From Spirochaetia bacterium (GTDB taxonomy: Bacteria; Spirochaetota; Spirochaetia; CAKZLE01), in the NCBI GenBank assembly GCA_963677595.1, contig OY782041.1, positions 1,856,001 through 1,920,000 on the forward strand: a stretch of DNA of 64,000 nt. The letters run 5' to 3'. Below the pieces are notes generated by a model. It was not told the origin of the DNA and searched no databases. It worked only from the letters and a program-made list of their open reading frames with translations. Numbering within the stretch: position 1 is the first letter of the stretch; each line of letters opens with the position of its first letter. The position numbers and the translations under genes are program-made. This document shows, in pieces, positions 1 to 8,987 of the stretch.

Positions 1-962
1 TGCAGGTCCTTTGACTTCTTCTTCAATCCTGCCTGCTGAAGTTTAGCACTCATCACATCCCTGAAGGCTGCATTCGGGGCGGCAAGGACGGTATGCTTCT
101 GTTTCTTTAAAAACCCGTAGAGCAGGTTGAACGAGAGGACGGATTTCCCCGTCCCGGGTCCGCCATGTATGATCGTGACCTGTTTCCCTTCCGGTACCGG
201 TCTGTTGAGAAACGATTCATAGAGGACTTTCTGTTCATCGATCAGGGTGAAGTAGGCATTACCCCGGAAGAGGGAGCCCACCGCATCGATGAGCTTGATG
301 CTGGGTCGGATCTTCCCGTTCTCCACAGCATAGAGGATCTCCATCCCTTTGCCTTTACCCACATGGGATGAGAGGAAATCGGCCAAGGCATCGATATCTT
401 CCTGGAAGAAGAGCGGGGAGTCCTTGAGGTACTGGGTATAGACTGTTTCAAGCAGTGGTTCCGGCTTCTTCCGGTCGTAATTGTGGAGGAATGCGCATGA
501 GTGTGCATGAAGGTTCCCTGAATGGAACTCCTCATTGAAGTCATACAGAAATCGCTTGTAGCCGTAGGCTTGATACGAGGGGTGGGATGTCTCCTGTATG
601 GACTTGTTCAGCAGGGTTCTGACAACCCCGTCCATCTGGGTCGATTCGGCTTCCTGCCACTGCTTCAGTTCCACAATGACGATATTCTTCTGATCTTCAG
701 GACTCTCCCCGGTGATGATGAAGTCGACGCGCCTGCTCGTGTTCGGCAGGTTGTACTCGATGAGGATCCCGCAGTCATCGGAGAGTTCAGCATTGCTCAT
801 GGCCAGCTGCATGCATTTCAGGGAATTTTCCCAGGCCCTCACCTCACCAGGGTGGGGCTTCCTGTGGAACACGGCTTCATACCGGTCCTGGATGGTTGAG
901 GTCAACGTCAGATGGGACCCATCATACGTGAAGTCTTTGTAGGTGTTGCTGTAGAGGATCAT
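1..962 (-). CDS. DUF2075 / Schlafen-group-3-like ATPase-helicase with N-terminal nuclease-like region (partial, runs off left edge)
   Basis: Manually translated minus frame, absent from the ORF track: MILYSNTYKDF...GEVRAWENSL...ILIEYNLPNTSRRVDFII; Walker A IIHGGPGTGKS near 130-175. ATG overlaps the upstream stop (ATGA, 959-962). Confidence 0.8.
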   Translation of the reverse strand, partial: MILYSNTYKDFTYDGSHLTLTSTIQDRYEAVFHRKPHPGEVRAWENSLKCMQLAMSNAELSDDCGILIEYNLPNTSRRVDFIITGESPEDQKNIVIVELKQWQEAESTQMDGVVRTLLNKSIQETSHPSYQAYGYKRFLYDFNEEFHSGNLHAHSCAFLHNYDRKKPEPLLETVYTQYLKDSPLFFQEDIDALADFLSSHVGKGKGMEILYAVENGKIRPSIKLIDAVGSLFRGNAYFTLIDEQKVLYESFLNRPVPEGKQVTIIHGGPGTGKSVLSFNLLYGFLKKQKHTVLAAPNAAFRDVMSAKLQQAGLKKKSKDL

Positions 963-1327
963 GGCTTTCCGGTGGTATCACGTTCGCTGTATTTCACGAA
1001 ATCACCCTTGGAGAGTTCCACGGGGTATTTCTCCTCATTCTTTGCGAGTTTATCCAGCACGGCCTGTTCGATGTCTATATCGAGGAGGTCAGCGAAGCGG
1101 AGGAGATAGAGCATCGAATCAGCGAACTCCTCCCGAATCCGGGAGAATCGTGAACTGTCCCTGTCCAAGGCGATAGTCTCTTTATCAGTCATCCACTGGA
1201 AGATCTCGAGGAGTTCCGATACTTCCACGGACAGGGCGATAGCTACGTTCTTCGGGGTATGGTATCTGTCCCAATCACGTTCTGAGACAAACGAGCGGAA
1301 CTGTTTTTGAATCTGCGGTATGTCCAT
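959..1327 (-). CDS. MazG-like nucleotide pyrophosphohydrolase (dCTP pyrophosphatase type)
   Basis: ERDWDRYHTPKN-x-A-x-ALSVEVSELLEIFQW and EEFAD motifs; KLAKNEEKYP C-terminus. Confidence 0.9.
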   Translation of the reverse strand: MDIPQIQKQFRSFVSERDWDRYHTPKNVAIALSVEVSELLEIFQWMTDKETIALDRDSSRFSRIREEFADSMLYLLRFADLLDIDIEQAVLDKLAKNEEKYPVELSKGDFVKYSERDTTGKP

Positions 1328-1485
1328 TACTGTAATCCTCTACACTGGTGATCAGTTCATGGTACATCGTGAAGAGTGTTCAGTCTATAACTTATTGGGA
1401 AATTTCGGGATAAACCAGCAGTTGGGCTAAACGGCTAGAGTCACGGCTAGAGTGAGATAAATGAGGTATCCTTCTTGTTTGGTTC

Positions 1486-2937
1486 CTACAACTCCACCAC
1501 CTTGATCATATTTGTCCTACCCGGGCTCCCTACCGGAACCCTCGCGGTGATGACGATGGTGTCACCCTTCTTGACGAATCCCAGGGTCAGCAGGTAGTTC
1601 GGGGCGATCTCGAGCAGTTCATCAAGGGATCCCAGGTTCGGGATCTGGATCGGGGTGACGCCCCAGGAGAGGGCAAGCTGCTGGGAGGTCTGCCTGATGG
1701 GGGTGAATGCCACGATAGGGACTCCAGGCCTGAACTTGGATATAAGACGGGCTGATCCCCCTGAGTGGGTGAAGCAGACGATGAAGGCTGCCTTGATCTC
1801 CATAGCCAGTTCACGTGTAGCCACACCGACTGCCTCGGTAGTGCTCTTCTTCCGGTTGATCTCAACCTCTTCCCGGTTGAGACGCTGGTCGATGACCAGC
1901 CGGTGGTAGGAGACACTCGACTCGGTGTGGGAGATGATCCGCTTCATGATCTGGACTGCCCGCAGGGGGAACTCCCCCGCGGCAGTCTCCCCGGAGAGCA
2001 TGACGGCACTCGTCCCGTCAAGGATGGCGTTGGCGACATCCCCGGCTTCCGCACGAGTGGGCCGCGGGTTCTGGATCATCGACTCGAGCATCTGTGTTGC
2101 CGTGATCACGGGGATTCCTGCGGAATTACACTTGCTGATGATCGTCTTCTGGATGATCGGGACCTCCTCAGGGGAAGTCTCGACACCCAGGTCGCCCCTG
2201 GCGACCATGATGACGCTCGTCTCGGCAATGATCCCATCTATATCCCTGACAGCCTCCGGCTTCTCGATCTTGGAGATGATCGGGATCTCGCGGCCGTAGG
2301 TACGGTACATGAACTTCTTCAGCTCGATGACATCACGCGCGCTCCGTACGAAGGAGAGGGCGACGAAATCGAGCTCATTATCGAAGGCGAACCTGAGGTC
2401 AGCCTCGTCCTTCTTCGTGTAGGAGGAGAGGTGCTTCAGGGCGATGTTGGGAAGGTTCACCCCCTTCCTCGGCTTGATCGTGCCGCCGTCCACCACCTCT
2501 GTCGATATGGTCTTTCCCTCAACAGCGGTCACCTTCAGGGCGATGAGCCCGTCATCGATGAGGATCCTGTCCCCGGGGGAGACCTCCTCATGGAGATAGG
2601 GGTAGTCGATACTGATCATCTCTCTCGTGCCGGTGCAGGGCTCGGTGGTGATCTTCAGGGTCTCCCCGGTCGCTACCTCGATGGATTCCTCCTCGAGCTG
2701 GCCGATCCTGATCTTCGGCCCCTGCAGGTCCTGGAAGATGGCGAGAGGGGTATCGAGTTCTTCCGATGCCTGCCGTGCCCAGTCGACCGTCCGCTGGTGC
2801 TCGGCGGCATCACCATGGCTGAAGTTGAGCCGGATGACCCTGGCCCCGGCCATGATGATATCACGGATCATCTCATAACTGCGTGAAGCCGGGCCGATCG
2901 TGGCGACGATCTTGGCGTTGGTAGTAAGACTTTCCAT
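1486..2937 (-). CDS. pyk: Pyruvate kinase
   Basis: KIVATIGPAS, RLNFSHG, DLQGPKIR, SKIEK, MVARGDLGVE, ATQMLESM, AVMLSGETA. Start placed at MESLTT behind a G-rich RBS. Confidence 0.97.
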   Translation of the reverse strand: MESLTTNAKIVATIGPASRSYEMIRDIIMAGARVIRLNFSHGDAAEHQRTVDWARQASEELDTPLAIFQDLQGPKIRIGQLEEESIEVATGETLKITTEPCTGTREMISIDYPYLHEEVSPGDRILIDDGLIALKVTAVEGKTISTEVVDGGTIKPRKGVNLPNIALKHLSSYTKKDEADLRFAFDNELDFVALSFVRSARDVIELKKFMYRTYGREIPIISKIEKPEAVRDIDGIIAETSVIMVARGDLGVETSPEEVPIIQKTIISKCNSAGIPVITATQMLESMIQNPRPTRAEAGDVANAILDGTSAVMLSGETAAGEFPLRAVQIMKRIISHTESSVSYHRLVIDQRLNREEVEINRKKSTTEAVGVATRELAMEIKAAFIVCFTHSGGSARLISKFRPGVPIVAFTPIRQTSQQLALSWGVTPIQIPNLGSLDELLEIAPNYLLTLGFVKKGDTIVITARVPVGSPGRTNMIKVVEL

Positions 2938-3153
2938 ATGTCCCCCCTGATATCTATGATACGTCATATACCTGCTGCAGGCAATGAAAGGATACAGGTT
3001 CTCTATAGACAGTTTGTGAGGCAGGTATGAGATGTATGTGAAAAGGGGGGGAGGGTACTGTCTTATGATCGGCTATCAGAAGATATGCAGATATGTCATT
3101 CTCTATGCTATACTTACTACAGCATGATCATTCCGTTGCTATAGGAGGTGTCT

Positions 3154-3747
3154 ATGAAGAAGATCATCCTGCTGCTGTGTGTGACCCTGGTGTTTTGCGG
3201 TCCCGCCCTCTTTGCCGATGACGGCCTGTTCGTCGGTGTCTCGACCTCGTTCATGGATCCTTGGCTCAATTTGGAAGGACTCCTCAAGGTGATCACATTC
3301 CAGACGATTACCCCGGCAGAACTGGCGGAATACCTCAGTGAGGAGGCCTGGCAGGAGATTTACCTTGCAGCTGCCGTACGGTATGACTTGGGTATCTTCC
3401 AACTGCAGTCACGTTTCAGTGTACCTTCCGGGGTCATGATGATCCTTGCTGAGGAACCGGATGCGCTGTGGTTCCTCTGGAATGCCGGGGCAGGCCTGCA
3501 GTTTGATCTCGGGCCGGTAGGGCTCGGGGTGACCGGCGGGCCTTTACTCCTCTTCCTCTCCGGGGAGCCGAACTTCCTCTTCAACCTTGAGGCCAATGCC
3601 GACCTGAATATCGGGAACATAAAGGTGAGCAGCTACCTCGGGGCGAAGTGTCCCATTGGCTTCGAAGGGGCGAGCATCTTCAGCAACCCGCTGACAGAGT
3701 ACTGGTATCCCGAGGTCGGGGTATCATTGCTGTACCAATTCAACTGA
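3154..3747 (+). CDS. Secreted hypothetical protein, probable small outer-membrane beta-barrel
   Basis: AGGAGG RBS; signal peptide MKKIILLLCVTLVFCGPALFA; alternating beta-strand pattern; ends VGVSLLYQFN. Confidence 0.65.
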   Translation: MKKIILLLCVTLVFCGPALFADDGLFVGVSTSFMDPWLNLEGLLKVITFQTITPAELAEYLSEEAWQEIYLAAAVRYDLGIFQLQSRFSVPSGVMMILAEEPDALWFLWNAGAGLQFDLGPVGLGVTGGPLLLFLSGEPNFLFNLEANADLNIGNIKVSSYLGAKCPIGFEGASIFSNPLTEYWYPEVGVSLLYQFN

Positions 3748-3813
3748 CGAGCAGGCTCAGGTACTCCCTCTACCCGATGATCCAACCCTGATGAGTAGGG
3801 TTCCGGTGTGGTA
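3681..3813. repeat. Direct repeat A1 (~135 bp, diverged copy of 4376-4513)
   Basis: Shared core AGTACTGGTATCCCGAGGTCGGGGTATCATTGCTGTACCA...TCAACTGACGAGCAGGCTCAGGTA...ATGAGTAGGGTTCCGG. Confidence 0.95.
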
Positions 3814-3928
3814 TTCTTCCTCTCGGATACGATGGTTTTCGGGGCAGCGGCAAGATCCTGGCTTGCAGAATCCACAGCGTATATGGAAAATGGTTGTACG
3901 CTAAGCCAAATCCCTTGTAGGAGGTCCC

Positions 3929-4321
3929 ATGGAACTCAATCGTCTTGAACATGTAAACCTGAGAACCCGTGATATCGGGAGACTGGAAAGCTGGTATGCA
4001 GATATCCTCGGTCTAAAATCCGGGTACCGACCGCCTTTTACCACGATCGGCCGCTGGCTCTATACAGGGGAATACCCAATCGTACACCTCTTGGAGGTCC
4101 TGGATCAGGAACCCTGTGGGGACCCGACGAATGAACATTTTGCCCTCAGTGCTACAGGTCTGCAATCTATGATCAACAAGCTTACCGAAAGAGGGATTCC
4201 CTACCGAACGGTCCGAATCCCTGAGATCCGGTTCCTGCAGGTTCACCTCACCGACCCGGATGGGAATAACCTGCATGTTGATTTCCCTCCCGAAGAGGCC
4301 GATGCACTGGGATTGGAATAG
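3929..4321 (+). CDS. VOC / glyoxalase family protein
   Basis: LEHVNL...WYADILGL, EHFAL, QVHLTDPDGN motifs; GGAGG RBS. Confidence 0.85.
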   Translation: MELNRLEHVNLRTRDIGRLESWYADILGLKSGYRPPFTTIGRWLYTGEYPIVHLLEVLDQEPCGDPTNEHFALSATGLQSMINKLTERGIPYRTVRIPEIRFLQVHLTDPDGNNLHVDFPPEEADALGLE

Positions 4322-4375
4322 AGTTTGAATTGTTTTATAGCTCCTTGTCTCACCGAATATCGGGAATAGTATGGT

Positions 4376-4513
4376 CTGCAACCCACTGATATAGTACTGG
4401 TATCCCGAGGTCGGGGTATCATTGCTGTACCAGCTCAACTGACGAGCAGGCTCAGGTATTCCCTCCACCCAATGATCCTGGTGAACCCTAATGAGTAGGG
4501 TTCCGGAGCGGTA
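4376..4513. repeat. Direct repeat A2 (copy of 3681-3813)
   Basis: Same core as A1; holds the functional 3' end of the ATPase and a decayed 3' end of the 3154 gene. Confidence 0.95.
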
Positions 4514-5598
4514 CAGACCACATAGCAGGGGACATCAGGATTGTCCTCATGGAAGGAAGCCAGGCCTGTGGTGTCACTGCCGGTGACGCGCGGTCTGCTC
4601 TTGAACTCGACTGCCAGGGAAAGCCTGCCGTCCCGCTCTAGGAGCAGATCGACCTCTGCCCCATGGTTTGTCCTCCAGTAGTAGAGGCGGTAATCTGCAC
4701 CGGCATAATCGAGTATCCTTCGGGTCTCCTGGATGAGGAACTGCTCGAAGAGTCGCCCCCTGAGAGCGGGATCCACAGAACTGCCGAGCCTGTGACAGAG
4801 GGAGTTGGTTACCCCGTTATCGAAGAGATATATCTTCGGGTGGCTCAGAAGCCGTTTTGTAGGGCTCTTCCTCCAGGCTGGCAGCCGGAATGCTATGAGG
4901 GTATCCTCTAAGACTTCGTAATATGACTGTACTGTCTTTGTAGGTAATCCGGCTTCCTTCCCGATAGAAGTGAAATTCACGATCTCTCCGCAATAGGCTG
5001 CCGTCAGGTCAAGGAACCGGGTATACCCACCAAGATTCCTGACCAGGGCCTCCTGCTGTATCTCCTCCAGCAGATAGACCTCTACATAGGCTTTCAGGGT
5101 ATCACGGGCATCCTTGCTAGAAAGCCCGAACAGGGGGGGAAGGGTCCCCCATATAAGCAGGTGGTCAAGGTCGACCTTAGGTTCCTCGTTGGATGCTTCA
5201 AGCTCCCCAATAGTGAAGGGATGCATGAATCTCTGCAGGGCCCTTCCCCCGAGCATGTTCGCCCCTTTCTGCTTCAGTCTTCTCGCACTTGAACCGGAAA
5301 GGATGAACCTGGCACGTGTAGATTCCATGAGAAGCTGTACCTCGTTCAGCAGTGCAGGGATTCTCTGCACTTCGTCGATAATGATCCAGGTACAGCCGTT
5401 GCGAATCTTCTCTTCTGCTTCGAGCCGAAACTGGGATGGATACTTCAGGTACCTGAAGTAGACCTCTGACTGCAGCAGGTCTACGAGCCAGGAGGACTCC
5501 AGTCCAAGGGAGTGGATCCAGGTGCTCTTCCCTGTCTGTCTTGGACCTAATAAAAAGCATGATCGATTCGGTAATCGCATTATTCTATTTATCATCAT
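4435..5598 (-). CDS. COG1373 AAA+ ATPase (AAA_14 + DUF4143)
   Basis: GPRQTGKS, IIDEVQR, ILSGSS, HPKIYLFDNG, GRLFE, YYWRT-x3-AEVDLL, AVEFKS. Confidence 0.9.
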   Translation of the reverse strand: MMINRIMRLPNRSCFLLGPRQTGKSTWIHSLGLESSWLVDLLQSEVYFRYLKYPSQFRLEAEEKIRNGCTWIIIDEVQRIPALLNEVQLLMESTRARFILSGSSARRLKQKGANMLGGRALQRFMHPFTIGELEASNEEPKVDLDHLLIWGTLPPLFGLSSKDARDTLKAYVEVYLLEEIQQEALVRNLGGYTRFLDLTAAYCGEIVNFTSIGKEAGLPTKTVQSYYEVLEDTLIAFRLPAWRKSPTKRLLSHPKIYLFDNGVTNSLCHRLGSSVDPALRGRLFEQFLIQETRRILDYAGADYRLYYWRTNHGAEVDLLLERDGRLSLAVEFKSRPRVTGSDTTGLASFHEDNPDVPCYVVCTAPEPYSLGFTRIIGWREYLSLLVS

Positions 5599-5633
5599 GC
5601 CAAATTGTACGGTAATTTGGCAACAAAGTACAA
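5597..5633 (-). promoter_or_regulatory. Probable leaderless promoter of the ATPase overlapped by an inverted repeat
   Basis: Minus strand TTGTAC-N18-TACAAT-N5-ATG; IR TGCCAAATT-N7-AATTTGGCA spans the -10. Confidence 0.55.
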
Positions 5634-5666
5634 GAAATGTATGGTAAAAATTGCAGAAACTTTTTC

Positions 5667-5752
5667 TTGACGGATAGGAAAACCTCTCTTACAATAATCT
5701 TTACCAAGGGTTAATATTTTAAACAAAGGTAATAATTATAACCCTGGGTAAA
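5667..5752 (+). promoter_or_regulatory. Sigma70 promoter and putative TetR operators
   Basis: TTGACG-N17-TACAAT (5667-5695), followed by the inverted pair TTTACCAAGGGTTA / TAACCCTGGGTAAA. Confidence 0.65.
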
Positions 5753-5775
5753 TCAAGAGGAGCAGGGGTACGGAC

Positions 5776-6414
5776 ATGCCGAAGATCGTCTACAAGAAGC
5801 ACCGGGCTAACCAGCAGGCACTGATACTCGAGACAGCCGAGGAGCTGTTCACCCGGAAGGGTATCGATGATGTCACGATAAACGACATCACCAAGTCTGC
5901 CCGGATCACGAAGCCTACCATCTACAACTATTTTGCCAGCAAAGAAGATATAGCGACCGAGATCTTCCGGACCATCAGCCGAGGCTGGGCTGAACGGAAT
6001 GCGCGGGAGGTCTGGAACCAGGCTGGTAACGGCTACGAGATGGTGGAGCTCTTCATAACCAGCCATTTCAACTACCTGTTCGAGCATATCAAGGAGGCGA
6101 GCTTCGTGGCTGAGTTCAACCACCTCTATGCCAAGCAGTGGACGGTCGAACAAGCCCATATCGTCATCGACGAGACGCTCTCCAGCGATAAGGACGCACT
6201 CCTTGCAGTCCTGGGCAGGGGGCAGGAGGACGGCTCCATCCGGGATGACATCGATCCCGTCACCATGGAAGCCATGATCTTCAACTACGTCTCAGCTATG
6301 GTGAGCCGGCTCGGGGAGTTCGGGGCGAAGATCGGTCAGGAGTTCGAGGTGAACGACCAGGAACTCTTTACCAAGATAAACAGGATGTTCCTCATCGGCT
6401 TGAAGCCGGAATAG
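5776..6414 (+). CDS. TetR/AcrR family regulator
   Basis: ILETAEELF-x2-KG-x3-VTINDI...TIYNYFASKEDI HTH. Confidence 0.92.
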   Translation: MPKIVYKKHRANQQALILETAEELFTRKGIDDVTINDITKSARITKPTIYNYFASKEDIATEIFRTISRGWAERNAREVWNQAGNGYEMVELFITSHFNYLFEHIKEASFVAEFNHLYAKQWTVEQAHIVIDETLSSDKDALLAVLGRGQEDGSIRDDIDPVTMEAMIFNYVSAMVSRLGEFGAKIGQEFEVNDQELFTKINRMFLIGLKPE

Positions 6415-6445
6415 GGATGTATACGCAATAAGGGAGAAGAACCTG

Positions 6446-7975
6446 GTGAGTGAAAGAGATACCGCTGCCGGTAACCGGCAGCCATTGATCGAGACGATCG
6501 ACCTCTGCAAGAATTTCGGCCCTACCCAGGCCCTGAAGTCTGTGAGCCTGAAGATATTCAGGGGGCAGATCACCGGGCTCATCGGGGAGAACGGGTCGGG
6601 GAAGTCCACCATCTCATCGATCATCGCCGGCATGCAGCCGGCGACCTCCGGGTCGATGCGCTACAAGGGGGCACCGCATGCCCCGAAGACGATGATCGAG
6701 GCCGGGAAAGCCGGCATCGGGATGGTCGTCCAGGAGCAGGGGTATATCCCCGGCATCTCGGTCGCGAGGAACATCTTCCTCGGGGTCGAGAACCAGTTCC
6801 GCAGAAGGGGCGTCATCTCAAAGAAAGCCATGAATACCGCTGCCGGGGACGTACTGGGAAGGATCGGGCTCGGGGAGATCGATCCCGCGATGCTGATCGA
6901 CCGCCTCGACATCCATGACAGGAAACTCATCGAGATCGCGAGAGTGCTCGTGGCTGATCCCGAGGTCCTGGTCATCGATGAGACCACGACAGCCCTCTCC
7001 CACCACGGTCGGGAGATCGCCTACTCGATCATGCGCAGCATGAGGGATGACGGCAAGGCCGTGATCTTCATCTCCCATGACCTCGATGAGCTCATGGTGA
7101 CCTGCGACACCCTCTCGGTCCTCCGGGACGGGGTGCTGGTGAAGCGCCTGGAGAAGGAGGAGTTCGATTCCTCAGTGATCAAGTCCAGCATGGTCGGCCG
7201 TGATATGGGGGACAAGTACTACCGTGAGGACTACGGCACGAAGATCTCAGATGAGGTCGTCCTCAAGGCTGATACCATCACCACAGCCGGCGGCCTGCTG
7301 ATGAACTTCTCGATGGAACTCCATAAAGGCGAGATCCTCGGGATCGGCGGCCTCTCCCACTGCGGGATGCATGAGCTCGGCAAGGCCCTCTTCGGCGATG
7401 AGAAGCTGCTCACCGGGACCGTGATGCACACCACCTCCGGGAAACAGGTAGATTCATCCAAGACCGCGATCGGCCTCTCCATGGGCTATGTCAGTAAGGA
7501 CCGGGACAAGGAAGCCCTCGTGCTGACAGCCTCGATCAGGGACAATATCGCGGGTGCCGGCCTCGACAAGATCGCTGACGGTCCCTTCATCTTCCCCGGG
7601 AAGGAGAAGGCCTATGTCATGAAGCAGGTCGACTCGCTTTCCATCAAGTGTGCGTCGATCGAGCAGAACGTCCAGTACCTCTCCGGTGGCAATAAGCAGA
7701 AGGTAGTCTTCGGCAAGTGGGTCGGCAGGGACTGTGACATCCTCATCCTTGACTGCCCCACGCGCGGCGTCGACATCGGAGTGAAGGCAGCCATGTATGC
7801 GCTGATGGAAGAGATGCAGGGAGAGGGGAAGTCCATCCTGATGATCTCAGAGGAACTCCCGGAGCTGCTCGGCATGTCGGACAGACTGATCATCCTGAAG
7901 GATGGAACCCTTGCCGGTGAGTACCGCCGGTCTCCTGACCTGTCGGAACACGACATCGTCGACTGCATGATTTGA
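6446..7975 (+). CDS. Sugar ABC transporter ATP-binding protein (CUT2, RbsA/MglA-like, double domain)
   Basis: GENGSGKST; LSGGNKQKV; PTRGVDIG; ISEELPELL. Confidence 0.93.
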   Translation: MSERDTAAGNRQPLIETIDLCKNFGPTQALKSVSLKIFRGQITGLIGENGSGKSTISSIIAGMQPATSGSMRYKGAPHAPKTMIEAGKAGIGMVVQEQGYIPGISVARNIFLGVENQFRRRGVISKKAMNTAAGDVLGRIGLGEIDPAMLIDRLDIHDRKLIEIARVLVADPEVLVIDETTTALSHHGREIAYSIMRSMRDDGKAVIFISHDLDELMVTCDTLSVLRDGVLVKRLEKEEFDSSVIKSSMVGRDMGDKYYREDYGTKISDEVVLKADTITTAGGLLMNFSMELHKGEILGIGGLSHCGMHELGKALFGDEKLLTGTVMHTTSGKQVDSSKTAIGLSMGYVSKDRDKEALVLTASIRDNIAGAGLDKIADGPFIFPGKEKAYVMKQVDSLSIKCASIEQNVQYLSGGNKQKVVFGKWVGRDCDILILDCPTRGVDIGVKAAMYALMEEMQGEGKSILMISEELPELLGMSDRLIILKDGTLAGEYRRSPDLSEHDIVDCMI

Positions 7976-7976
7976 G

Positions 7977-8945
7977 GTGAATACTATGAACAAGACCCAT
8001 TGGGAGACTGTCAAACATATCTTCCCCATCCTCGGGTTCGTCCTGGTAGTGGCATTCTTCGCGATCGCCACGAAAGGTGCGATCCTAAGCAAAGTGAGCC
8101 TGCAGAGCTTGCTGAACCAGGTCATGACCATCTCCCTCGTATCGATCGGGGCTGTGTTCATCTTCGGTTCTGGGAATTTCGACCTCTCGCTCAGCGGGTC
8201 GGTGGCACTGAGTGCCGTATTGGCAGGCTACACTGCGATCGCTACGGGAAGCCTCTTCCTCGCCCTGCTCACCGCAGTCGGGGTCGCCCTGCTGGTCGGC
8301 CTCTTCAAGGGGATGTTCGCCGCCTACATCGATGTTCCCCTGTTCATCGTGACCATCGTGCTGGGCTTCATGATCTCGGCACTGGTACTCGTGATCATGG
8401 GGAAGGATGTCACGATCTACCTCAGTGAGGCCGTGAAGGAGATCCCATCGTTCACCTTCGGGCAGCTCACGGCGATCAACCTGGTCATCCTCGGCGGCTA
8501 TTTCCTGCTGTGTGTGGTGCTCTTCAACTACACCTCACTGGGCAGGAAGATCAAGCTCCTCGGCGGGAACCCCGTCACGGCACGGCAGCTGGGCATGAAC
8601 CTCCCGAAGGTGAAGATCGCGGCATTCCTCGTCTCGTCCCTCGGGGTCGGCCTGGCGGCCTTCGCCCTGCTGATCAGGACGAGGACTGTGGGAACGACGA
8701 CCGCAGGGTCGGTAGGGATGAACGTGCTGGTCGCGCTCGTTCTCGGGGGGATGCCCCTCTCAGGGGGACCGAGAAGCAAGATCTCAGCAGGGCTTGTGGG
8801 TGCGGCAACGATCGCGGTCCTCAATGCCGGGCTGACGATGCTGGGGTTCAACCTGGCAACGGTCCAGATAAGCAGAGCAGTTATTTTCTTGGCAATCGTC
8901 TATCTTGCGAGTATCTCATACCGCACGAAGCTGCTGCCAAGATAA
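7977..8945 (+). CDS. Sugar ABC transporter permease (RbsC-like)
   Basis: Multi-TM; GNFDLS; GRKI-x-LLGGNP-x2-A; VLGG-x-PLSGG. Confidence 0.9.
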   Translation: MNTMNKTHWETVKHIFPILGFVLVVAFFAIATKGAILSKVSLQSLLNQVMTISLVSIGAVFIFGSGNFDLSLSGSVALSAVLAGYTAIATGSLFLALLTAVGVALLVGLFKGMFAAYIDVPLFIVTIVLGFMISALVLVIMGKDVTIYLSEAVKEIPSFTFGQLTAINLVILGGYFLLCVVLFNYTSLGRKIKLLGGNPVTARQLGMNLPKVKIAAFLVSSLGVGLAAFALLIRTRTVGTTTAGSVGMNVLVALVLGGMPLSGGPRSKISAGLVGAATIAVLNAGLTMLGFNLATVQISRAVIFLAIVYLASISYRTKLLPR

Positions 8946-8987
8946 GAATAGAACAAGAAACGGAAAAGTTTGTTAAGGAGGAATAGT

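Noticed and set aside
1431-1453. Tandem ACGGCTAGAGT x2 downstream of pyk
   Set aside because: A single short duplication, consistent with slippage; no further structure.
1765-2886. Long antisense ORFs (e.g. 373 aa opposite pyk; also 13175-13948, 15933-16718, 58270-59097)
   Set aside because: Shadow frames of GC-rich genes with no recognisable motifs or RBS.
3633-4468. Similar short minus-strand ORFs 3633-3875 and 4013-4468 as a gene family
   Set aside because: Their similarity derives wholly from the duplicated DNA read in a non-coding frame.
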